Assembly (NCBI GenBank): GCA_963692525.1
Contig: OY829953.1
Location: 3,475,108-3,539,107, forward strand
Length of the DNA: 64,000 bases
DNA from: Opitutales bacterium
Lineage (GTDB): Bacteria; Verrucomicrobiota; Verrucomicrobiia; Opitutales; PNEW01
Reading direction: 5' to 3'
Below are positions 39,515-47,725 of the stretch, one piece after another. Each line of letters begins with the position of its first letter. Within the stretch, counting starts at the first letter, position 1. The position numbers and the translations under genes were made by a program. The notes under the pieces are model-generated. The model was not told the DNA's origin, did not search any database, and saw nothing but the letters and a program-made list of their open reading frames with translations.

Positions 39515-40567
39515 TTATTTCTTACCAAGACTCCGTAGTACCTCGTCTACTATTTTGTCCACGTCAACGGTCTTTCCTATAGAGGGCTGTTTGTCTGCCA
39601 ATGTTGCGCCTGTATATGGTTGCGCGAGATTTGCCCTTGGCATATGACACTTATTCGCCGCTTCTTCGAAACCACATTCCGTGAGCAGGCAGGCAACTTT
39701 TGAACGGATATTATCCAACTCCACTTTCTCACGCGGCGAAAGCACGTAACGGGAACTGCCCATATTGAATCCTCTTAATTCGTAGCCGATGCGAAATCCA
39801 TGGGGGAAATCGGGAGCATAAAGCATAGTGTTAATGAGATCTAAAAGCTTAAACTGAATCCGCTTTGCTTCGTCCAGATCTCCCGAGAGAAAACAATTAT
39901 AGAGCTTCATTACTGCCTCCGGGACAACTCCAGAGGTTGCTATTGTCCCCCCATCGCCTCCCATCATCAGTGTGGAAAATAGTATTTCCTCACAACCTAC
40001 GAGAACACTGAAATCAGGACGTTGGGGTTTAATTTCATTCAGGGTATTAATAAAACGCGGCATATCGCGGCTGCTGTCTTTAATCCCAACAATATTGGGA
40101 CAATCCAAGGCCAAACGCTTAACCACCGGCACACTGATTTCATTGGAAAACTGGGGGATATTATACATGACGATCCCTATTGGTGATTTAGCAGCAATCT
40201 CTCGAAAAAGTACCTCAATACTTTCCTGGCTTACATTGTAATAATAAGGACCAGTAACAGAAACGGCAGAACAACCATAATCAGCGTAGGTTTCACAGGC
40301 CTCAAGAATCATATCCAGATTTGCTTCAGCACCCCCTGCGAGAATAGGCACTCGCCCCCTCACCTCGCTGCTCATAATTGCGATAATTCGCTTACGCTCT
40401 TCGAAACTGAGCCGAATGAATTCACCCGAACTCCCATTGGGATAAAGACCGGAGACTCCCTTATCAATCAACCAGTTAGTTTGGCGACGCAATTCATCTT
40501 CATTTATTTTTCCCTCTTCATCAAAAGGAACGATATTGGGGACAAATATGCCTTCAAGTTTACTCAC
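39515..40567 (-). CDS. DapA/NanA-family class I aldolase with C-terminal encapsulation-peptide-like extension
   Basis: NGSSGEF, YNIP, Schiff-base lysine GIKDSS; tail ends ...VDVDKIVDEVLRSLGKK. Confidence 0.88.
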   Translation of the reverse strand: MSKLEGIFVPNIVPFDEEGKINEDELRRQTNWLIDKGVSGLYPNGSSGEFIRLSFEERKRIIAIMSSEVRGRVPILAGGAEANLDMILEACETYADYGCSAVSVTGPYYYNVSQESIEVLFREIAAKSPIGIVMYNIPQFSNEISVPVVKRLALDCPNIVGIKDSSRDMPRFINTLNEIKPQRPDFSVLVGCEEILFSTLMMGGDGGTIATSGVVPEAVMKLYNCFLSGDLDEAKRIQFKLLDLINTMLYAPDFPHGFRIGYELRGFNMGSSRYVLSPREKVELDNIRSKVACLLTECGFEEAANKCHMPRANLAQPYTGATLADKQPSIGKTVDVDKIVDEVLRSLGKK

Positions 40568-40724
40568 CTTGCTAAGGGTAAAAACTGTCGAGACCGCAAG
40601 TAAAGCTTTATTGTCGAGAACTGAACTCGTCTCGTTATACCTAATAGTATCTCAATCTTCGTCTTCGTCAGGCCTTCGTCCCGGTATTAGCAAGCCGTGG
40701 AAAAAAGATTACAAAGCAATTGTG

Positions 40725-41657
40725 TCATGAAGCAAGAGCTAATTGTTGTTTTTTAAGAAGGGACTGCAGATGAATAAGAAGTTTTCTCATGGCGGCAACG
40801 AGAGCACATCGGTAAGGCATCCCCCGATCGACTAACCTTTGTACATAAGGCCTGATCACGGGGTTGTGCTGAGCGGCGGTGCGAGCGGCCATATAGAGAC
40901 ATTTTCTGACTTTGGCACGCCCCCCTTTGATCGAACGTTTTGCATGGCTCTTCCCACTGTCGCGGTTATAGGGGGCGAGTCCGGCAAGGGCGACCATCCG
41001 ATTGCGGTTGAGATGAGTCATTTCACTCAAATAGGCGAGGAGGGTCCAGGTCGTCACTTCCCCGACACCTTTGACTGAAGTGAGCAATTGGGCTTGGGCG
41101 CGCAGGAGATCATGCTCGTTGATGAGCTTTCGCAGCTGCTGGTCGATGCCCTCGATTTGTTTTTCAACGAAACGAATCATGCGCTGGATGGAGCGGTGGA
41201 TTATCTTCGAACTGTTCTGCAAGCGGTTCTTCTCGCGGCCAAGTTGTTCGCTCAGGTGATGGCGCCGGTCCAGTAAGGCCGTCATCTGTTGCTGCTGCTT
41301 GGTGGGAGCAACCATGGCCTTCAAGTTCTTTTGCTGCGCAAAGCGCAACAAGACCTTCGCATCAATCTTATCGGTCTTCGCACGGATGCCATCGCTCGTG
41401 GCGAAGGCCCGTACCCGTGCAGGGTTAATCAGGCACACCGCAACCTCTGCTTCATGCAAAGTTGCCAGGAGGGCCCGCTCGTAACCTCCTGTGGCTTCGC
41501 ACACGACAAAGGGTCGATCCAGCTTGCTCAGCTCTTTGAGCAGTTGTTTGTGTCCTGCGTTGTTGTTACTGAGACCGTAACTGTGGCTTTCGCTTTGCAC
41601 CTGCAAGGTCTCTTTGGCTATGTCTATGGCGATGAGGGTGTGTTTTTTTTCATTCAT
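40725..41657 (-). CDS. IS110 family recombinase (DEDD RuvC-like plus Tnp20 domain)
   Basis: IAIDIAK, VCEATGGYE, AKTDKIDA, SVKGVG, AGLAPYNRDSG, GGRAKVRKCLYMAA, ALVAAMRKLL. Confidence 0.96.
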   Translation of the reverse strand: MNEKKHTLIAIDIAKETLQVQSESHSYGLSNNNAGHKQLLKELSKLDRPFVVCEATGGYERALLATLHEAEVAVCLINPARVRAFATSDGIRAKTDKIDAKVLLRFAQQKNLKAMVAPTKQQQQMTALLDRRHHLSEQLGREKNRLQNSSKIIHRSIQRMIRFVEKQIEGIDQQLRKLINEHDLLRAQAQLLTSVKGVGEVTTWTLLAYLSEMTHLNRNRMVALAGLAPYNRDSGKSHAKRSIKGGRAKVRKCLYMAARTAAQHNPVIRPYVQRLVDRGMPYRCALVAAMRKLLIHLQSLLKKQQLALAS

Positions 41658-41975
41658 GGCTATCTCGGTCTTGTCAAGATGAGCTCGCGGTGGTATACTC
41701 CGGGCTCTTTCAATTGTTTGAGATTAGCCAGGTTAGATCGGAGGTTCCCAGGCTTCGTCTTGAACTCGGCTAACGCTGGTTCCAGACGATGAATGAACTC
41801 ATCCGATTTGCTCCCGGTTCCCGGAATTGGGTGCCGGGAGTTCCTGGCACTCTCAAGTTCTTTTGTGCGCAAAGCGCAACAAGACCGTTGAAATCTTTTT
41901 CCAGTCCTTCCTGCGACGAGTTTTATCGACCCATTCTCGGAAGGACTCATAAGCTCCTCTTTCCATTGCACGGTA
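41657..41975 (-). ncRNA. Predicted IS110 bridge RNA (5' hairpins, target-binding loop 41737-41807, donor-binding loop 41657-41730)
   Basis: Stems ATCGGA/TCCGAT and TGGCTAATCTC/GAGATAGCCA enclose internal loops with TCATCGTCT + AGACGAAG (target guides) and ACAATTG + ACAAG (donor guides). RNA ends are approximate. Confidence 0.8.
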
Positions 41976-42095
41976 ACCTACAAGGCGATGAGGCACAGAC
42001 CCGTCTTCGCAGAAGCCTACGACGTCGCAAGCGAAGACGAAGAGGAGGAAATAAGCGGGTCGGTTCTATTCTGAAAACTAACTTTCGCCCCGCTA

Positions 42096-42338
42096 CTAAT
42101 CAACTAATTCGTAACGATAATCCTCGATAATCGGGTTACTTAATAAGTCAAAACAGAGTTTATCAAGCGAAACGCGGAAATCAGGTGTGTCCTCACCCTG
42201 AATTTGAAATTCTATGGTTTTTCCAACATGGACATTTTCTGCCTGATCATAGCCGAGGCTTTTCATTGCCTGCCCGACCGCAGTTCCCTGGGGATCGAGG
42301 ACATTCTTTTTGGGAGTAACGTAAACGATGACTTTCAC
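42096..42338 (-). CDS. purS: Phosphoribosylformylglycinamidine synthase subunit PurS
   Basis: VLDPQG, VGKTIEF, LLSNPIIEDY. Confidence 0.93.
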   Translation of the reverse strand: MKVIVYVTPKKNVLDPQGTAVGQAMKSLGYDQAENVHVGKTIEFQIQGEDTPDFRVSLDKLCFDLLSNPIIEDYRYELVD

Positions 42339-42411
42339 ACCATCAGATTTAGATGCGGAAGTTGAAAGATTTCAATGAAAATGAATGACAAACATTAAGT
42401 ATTTATTTTGA

Positions 42412-43683
42412 TCAGAAATTTATTTTAATTCCACGCCGGAGATAGGTCGGTACGTCAAGATCTTCGCCTTCATAGAAATTACGATCTGTTTTATTAAAAT
42501 ACCCCCTCTGTTCCTCATCGCTCGAGAACATAAATTCCTCCTGACTGTCTTTTCTATTATATTGATCAATAATTTTCGATTCATGAACAGCAGGTAAATA
42601 ATGCTCTTCTTTGTGTTTTGTTGACGCTGGATTCTGGGCTTGTTTCATAGGCTCGAAAGCAGGTTTTACTGAGGGGTAACGTCTTCTTACACCGTCTAGA
42701 TTTGTCGTACCCAACACGGTAATACTCAGCTTCTGTTGCATGCTCTCATCAATGTAAGCTCCCAATACGATATTTTCTTTGCTCCCGAATTGATCCCCGA
42801 CAACCGTCATAATCTCATTGACTTTGTTCATTGTAAGATCAGTCCCACCATAAACGTTTACAATGAGTGAATCTGCGCGTTTTGAAAATTCAGGTGTATG
42901 TAATAAAGGGCAGAGTTTGAGATCATCGAACGCTTTATCGACAAAATTTTCACCTTCACCATATCCCAGACCAAAAAGGGTCTTCCCCCCCCTGTTCTCA
43001 AAAGCGTTCCTCAAGGTCGCAAAATCGACATTGATAAGACCGGTCTTTTTTATCATCGACCAAATGGAATGCACCCCACGATATATCCATTCATCTGCAA
43101 GGGTAAATGCGTCGAGGACGGTGGCGTTTTCGTCAACCTGCTGCAGGAGAATATCGTTAGGTAAGGGAACAACTGCATGGCATAAATCCCTCAGTTGCGC
43201 GAGGCTCTCCTCTGCTTGATTATGCCTGCGAATGCCTTCATTCGTAAATGGCAAGGTAACAAAAGCGATAACCAAAGCTTCCTGATTGGCAGCTATCTCT
43301 GCGAGAACAGGTGCCGCTCCACTCCCCGTTCCTCCCCCCAAACCAGCAATTATAAAAACCAGGTCAATTCCATTAACGAGCTGAAGCAATTGATCGCGAT
43401 CGGATTCTGCCGCACGCTTACCGATATCGGCATCACCGCCAGCACTAAGCCCCCGGGTGATCTCGCGTCCGATCATCACCTTTTCTTCGAGTAGCGAATT
43501 ACTTAAAACTTTGCTGTCAGTATTTACTACCGCGAGATCAACTTCATCGAGGTGATCCAGTTTAATTCGGTCAACTGCGTTATTACCAGCTCCGCCAACA
43601 CCGACGATTTTTATCCGGAACGTTTCATCATTTAACTGACCGCTAAACATTTTATTCGGATTACTAAAATTTTCGCTCTGCAT
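42412..43683 (-). CDS. ftsZ: Cell division protein FtsZ
   Basis: VGVGGAGNNAV, GLGGGTGSG, GLINVDFA, C-terminal DLDVPTYLRR. Confidence 0.96.
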   Translation of the reverse strand: MQSENFSNPNKMFSGQLNDETFRIKIVGVGGAGNNAVDRIKLDHLDEVDLAVVNTDSKVLSNSLLEEKVMIGREITRGLSAGGDADIGKRAAESDRDQLLQLVNGIDLVFIIAGLGGGTGSGAAPVLAEIAANQEALVIAFVTLPFTNEGIRRHNQAEESLAQLRDLCHAVVPLPNDILLQQVDENATVLDAFTLADEWIYRGVHSIWSMIKKTGLINVDFATLRNAFENRGGKTLFGLGYGEGENFVDKAFDDLKLCPLLHTPEFSKRADSLIVNVYGGTDLTMNKVNEIMTVVGDQFGSKENIVLGAYIDESMQQKLSITVLGTTNLDGVRRRYPSVKPAFEPMKQAQNPASTKHKEEHYLPAVHESKIIDQYNRKDSQEEFMFSSDEEQRGYFNKTDRNFYEGEDLDVPTYLRRGIKINF

Positions 43684-43690
43684 AATATAA

Positions 43691-44899
43691 TTATAGGTTA
43701 AACATATTGGCTACTTTACTAAATATACCTGTCTTCTTTATATTCTGCCCTTCTATATTTTGAGCCGTAAGACCATAGTAAAGAAGCCCTAACACGGTAC
43801 TGTATTCCGGTTTACGTAAATCATCTCTCACCCAGGACGGGTTATCACCGATCCGTGTAGACACCCCTAATCGGTGCGATGCAGCATCGGCAATTTTTGG
43901 TAAGCGTGAGACCCCTCCCGTTAAAACCACACCAGCTGCTAATTCCTCGGGGTTAAGAAATTCGACGAGTTCCTTTTTTACTATTCCGAAAAGCTCATCT
44001 ATTCTGGCCTTAAGTATTTGATAAATCGCTAAACGGGGTATGGCGCGATCACCGATCGTCAAATCACCGAAGAGCCAGACCTTCTCATTTTTATCTTCGC
44101 TATCAATAATCGCTTTTCCAAATTCCAGTTTGAGTTTCTCGGCCTGGTGTTTATTGACGCGTAAACCCAGACTTAAATCGTTTGTCAGGTGATCACCCCC
44201 AACACTTATCACTCCCGTTCGCACAATATGTCCGTTGCGATAAAGCAAGTAATCTGTAGTGCTACAACCGATATCCAAAACGAGCACACCATTCTGCTTT
44301 TCCTCCTCACTCGCAACCATACAGCCCGAAGCGATGCTTGAAATTATCATATCTTCGACTTTCAAACCAAAACCATTAATTACATGGATATGATCACTTA
44401 CTTTTCTTTCATCTCCCTCTATGTGCCAGTAAGTAACATCCAATTCGTCACCTTGCATCTGATGAGGGTCTTTGACCGGTCGTCCATCTAACTGAAATCC
44501 GCACTGAACATGGTGTATGTAAACGTGTCTCGGAGGTAACTCTTTGCGCTTGGCATTTTCTATCACGCTTTGAATATCGCTCTGGCGAACGAGACTGTCA
44601 GGGGAGCTGACCATAACTGAGCTTTTATTTGCAAAGCCTTGAAGGTGCCTTCCTGTTTGAGCAAGAAATACTCCCTCAATTGTGGCCCCGGCATTTTTTT
44701 CGGCCGCGATGATCGCAGCATGGGTACAATCGCTCGCAGCACGAAAATCGATAATTTCTCCCTTTCTCACCCCCATCGCTGTAGACTGCCCCATCCCGAT
44801 AATGTTGAGGCTTCTTCCTTCATCGATAATTTCACCCACCATTACGACCACCTTGGAACCCCCTATTTCGACTGCTCCAATGATTCTGTTTTCGTTCAT
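43691..44899 (-). CDS. ftsA: Cell division protein FtsA
   Basis: EIGGSKV, GVRKGEI, LDIGCSTT, GGDHLTNDL, VLTGG. Confidence 0.95.
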   Translation of the reverse strand: MNENRIIGAVEIGGSKVVVMVGEIIDEGRSLNIIGMGQSTAMGVRKGEIIDFRAASDCTHAAIIAAEKNAGATIEGVFLAQTGRHLQGFANKSSVMVSSPDSLVRQSDIQSVIENAKRKELPPRHVYIHHVQCGFQLDGRPVKDPHQMQGDELDVTYWHIEGDERKVSDHIHVINGFGLKVEDMIISSIASGCMVASEEEKQNGVLVLDIGCSTTDYLLYRNGHIVRTGVISVGGDHLTNDLSLGLRVNKHQAEKLKLEFGKAIIDSEDKNEKVWLFGDLTIGDRAIPRLAIYQILKARIDELFGIVKKELVEFLNPEELAAGVVLTGGVSRLPKIADAASHRLGVSTRIGDNPSWVRDDLRKPEYSTVLGLLYYGLTAQNIEGQNIKKTGIFSKVANMFNL

Positions 44900-44928
44900 A
44901 ATTGGATTGTTGGTTTAATTTATTATAT

Positions 44929-45861
44929 TCAATTTCTAAATTTTTTAGGTCCAAGATCTGTATAATATTGTACTGCAACCTGGTCGCTGATCGAGAGGTC
45001 AATGCGTTTAATATTATAAATGTGGTTTCTTTCAGAGTATTTGATAACGCGCGCTAATTGATCCAATTGCCGATTAAAATCAAATGGAGTGAATATTATC
45101 TCACGAACAATACTGCTCCGTATCTTAATAATCTCATCGGAGAATTCATTAAGACCATCAAATTCCTCACAAGAAACTACCTTCCACGACTCAAATATGT
45201 TTGGGTAATTTAAACGGGCAGTATCCAGTAGTTGTGAGATTACATCCATGCCAGGGAGAGCAAGAATGTGATCGTCTTCCTGTTTGAAACGAACTCCACC
45301 TAAATAAGGTAAATGTTTCTTTTTTGTTTTTTCATAGTTCTCATGAAAATATACCGTCCCATCCCGGGCGATATAAACTTCCTCCTTTTTCCCTTTTTCA
45401 CTTTGAACTCGCGCACGTAAAACAGGTTCTCTCTCTATTATTTCTATATTCAATTCATCGGGAAATTTCCGTGAGACAACCGCCGTAGCGATCTGCCCTT
45501 TCTTTTCCAGCATCTGTTTGATCGCAAAAATATCGATCTCCATGATTGTCTTATCCTGTGGCCAGGCGACATTATGTTTGAACCATTGGTAGTCGAGCTC
45601 TCCATTACTTTGAAAGTTAATACGGCGCACGGGATCAGAGGGACCGGCGAGGATTATCTGACTTTCATGAGAACGGAAAAAGTGAACACTATACGCAATG
45701 CCTCCAGCCATTAATAAAATGATAAGAATGACACCGCACATTTTCGCGTGAGCGACAAATTTACGTTTGCGTGCAATTGTGCTAACCGCTTGCCGTCCGG
45801 CTGTTTGCTTGATTCCACGCCAGTTTCTTGTCTCCGTGGAATTGGATGTTTTTTTTGCCAT
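44929..45861 (-). CDS. ftsQ: Cell division protein FtsQ/DivIB
   Basis: Single TM, POTRA-like VSRKFPDELNIEIIEREP; located between ddl and ftsA. Confidence 0.85.
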   Translation of the reverse strand: MAKKTSNSTETRNWRGIKQTAGRQAVSTIARKRKFVAHAKMCGVILIILLMAGGIAYSVHFFRSHESQIILAGPSDPVRRINFQSNGELDYQWFKHNVAWPQDKTIMEIDIFAIKQMLEKKGQIATAVVSRKFPDELNIEIIEREPVLRARVQSEKGKKEEVYIARDGTVYFHENYEKTKKKHLPYLGGVRFKQEDDHILALPGMDVISQLLDTARLNYPNIFESWKVVSCEEFDGLNEFSDEIIKIRSSIVREIIFTPFDFNRQLDQLARVIKYSERNHIYNIKRIDLSISDQVAVQYYTDLGPKKFRN

Positions 45862-45863
45862 GA

Positions 45864-46790
45864 TCAATTGTCTCGCGAAGCATAAAATCTATTAATTGCC
45901 GGTGAAACCAGCTTCTGTGCCAGTTGTGGAAAATCGTAGCCCAGGCAGCTGGCACTTTTACGCAAGAGGCTCGTAGAAGTAAGACCAGGCAGAGTATTAA
46001 TTTCTAGAAAATAGCTCTCCCCACTATCCGAAGTCATAAAATCGACGCGGATAAAATCACGGCAACCGCAAATCTCAAAGGCACACTCCGCGGCTTCACG
46101 AATTTCTTTCTCCAATGAATCTCCAAGTTCGGCAGGGTAACGATATTCTGTCATTCCTTCCGTATACTTGTGCCTGTAATCATAGAACCCATTTTTTGGT
46201 AATATTTCCACCAGGCCCATTCCCTTACCTTCAAGCACTCCGATCGAGATTTCTCTCCCTTCTATCTTTTGTTCAAAGAGCCAATTACCAGATTCAAGCT
46301 GGGCCATTTGTTCACCGAGCACTTCCTCGTTTTCAGCTATTGAAACACCTACACTACTCCCCTCGCATAAAGGCTTAACGACGACACTGCTACCGAGTTT
46401 AGCCACCACTTCGGTCGCTGCCGGTAAACCAGGTGCTACCGCTAAAAAGTCTTCGGCAACACGGATACCAGATTTTACCACGCGCGATTTTGTTTCTTTT
46501 TTGTTAATACAAAGGCGGCTCGCTTCAAAATCACAGCCCGCGTAAGAATAATTTCCCGCTTCAAGCATTTTTTGTATTTCTCCATCCTCACCAAAAGTTC
46601 CATGTAAGGTTAAAAAAACGACCTGCCTTTCAGCATCGAGATTGGGTGGAAGGGCCATTTCATTTAATTCAAAAAGATCAACGGAATAATTCTCTTTTAA
46701 TGCAGCTGTAACTGCTTGCCCCGATTCCAGAGAGACATCGCGCTCTCTTGAAATACCTCCAGACAATACGGCGATGGAAATATCACTCAT
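45864..46790 (-). CDS. ddl: D-alanine--D-alanine ligase
   Basis: GGISRERDVSLESG, LHGTFGEDG, GSSVG, YDYRHKY, EINTLPGLT. Confidence 0.95.
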   Translation of the reverse strand: MSDISIAVLSGGISRERDVSLESGQAVTAALKENYSVDLFELNEMALPPNLDAERQVVFLTLHGTFGEDGEIQKMLEAGNYSYAGCDFEASRLCINKKETKSRVVKSGIRVAEDFLAVAPGLPAATEVVAKLGSSVVVKPLCEGSSVGVSIAENEEVLGEQMAQLESGNWLFEQKIEGREISIGVLEGKGMGLVEILPKNGFYDYRHKYTEGMTEYRYPAELGDSLEKEIREAAECAFEICGCRDFIRVDFMTSDSGESYFLEINTLPGLTSTSLLRKSASCLGYDFPQLAQKLVSPAINRFYASRDN

Positions 46791-47725
46791 AGAACTTCTT
46801 CCCAACTTTTACCCATAAGGAGGACTTCGGGTTCGAGATCAAGTCCCCGATCAGCCTTAACCTCTCGGCGTATATCTTTTATCAATGAAATAACATCTTT
46901 GCTCGTTGCTCCACCCCGGTTAATTATAAAATTACCGTGAAGCTTCGAAACTTGAGCTGCTCCGACCTGCCTCCCTTTGAGTCCCAATTCATCAATGATC
47001 TGTCCTGCGTACGACCCCTCGGGGTTTTTAAATATACACCCTGCGCTCGGCTCGCGAGGCTGACTGTCTTTTCGGATGCTTGAAAATGACTTAACTTTTT
47101 CGCGGATGGTTTTTGCTTCTGCACTTGAAGTTGCGCATAAAATTGCTCCTATCGCTACTGTATCTTTCAGCTCTTCACATGCCCGGTAGCTGATGTGTAC
47201 ATCTTCGCGTTTTATCTTTTTAAATTCCCCCTCCAAGGTAACTAACTGAACTTCATCTACGATATCGAATATCCATCCGCCCATCGCACCAGCATTCATT
47301 CGCAGTGATCCCCCAAGAGTTCCTGGTATCCCCTCGAGAAACTCAAAGCCCGCGAGCCCCAGTTTTATACCTTCAACACAAATTTTATTTAACCGGACAC
47401 CCGCTCCCGCCCAAATGCGCCCCTCACCCAGGGGTCGAATTTGTTTCCAGTATTGATGATTAAGTCGAATGACTAAACCTTGAAACCCTTCATCCGGAAT
47501 GATCAGATTGGAACCGCGTCCGATAAAATATACAGGGGTTTTATTTTTACTCGCCTCGCTTAGGAGGATACGCAGATCTTCCTCCGTTGCCGGTTCTGAA
47601 TAATAGCGTGTGTTCCCTCCTACTTGCAGGGTCGTTTTATCGGCGAGCGATTCAAAATCAGCTATTCTTGTTTGCTTATCGATCTTTTGCGATAGATCGA
47701 TCCACCATTTTTCTTCTTTGGTCAT
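46787..47725 (-). CDS. murB: UDP-N-acetylenolpyruvoylglucosamine reductase
   Basis: GRGSNL, GIPGTLGG, MNAGA, SAGCIFKNP, HGNFIIN, LEPEV. Confidence 0.95.
   Translation of the reverse strand: MTKEEKWWIDLSQKIDKQTRIADFESLADKTTLQVGGNTRYYSEPATEEDLRILLSEASKNKTPVYFIGRGSNLIIPDEGFQGLVIRLNHQYWKQIRPLGEGRIWAGAGVRLNKICVEGIKLGLAGFEFLEGIPGTLGGSLRMNAGAMGGWIFDIVDEVQLVTLEGEFKKIKREDVHISYRACEELKDTVAIGAILCATSSAEAKTIREKVKSFSSIRKDSQPREPSAGCIFKNPEGSYAGQIIDELGLKGRQVGAAQVSKLHGNFIINRGGATSKDVISLIKDIRREVKADRGLDLEPEVLLMGKSWEEVL

Larger units (their letters stand above)
40715..41984 (-). mobile_element. Complete IS110-family element (IS621-like architecture)
   Basis: CT core duplicated at both junctions (minus strand: TCATCGC-CT-TGTAGG at 41984-41983 and ACAATTG-CT-TTGTAA at 40716-40715); ~325-nt non-coding left end, very short right end, no terminal inverted repeats. 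Confidence 0.88.

Noticed and set aside
41660..42130. ORFs 41660-41971 (-) and 41789-42130 (+)
   Set aside because: No recognisable motifs; they overlap the structured IS leader, and the second crosses the IS boundary.
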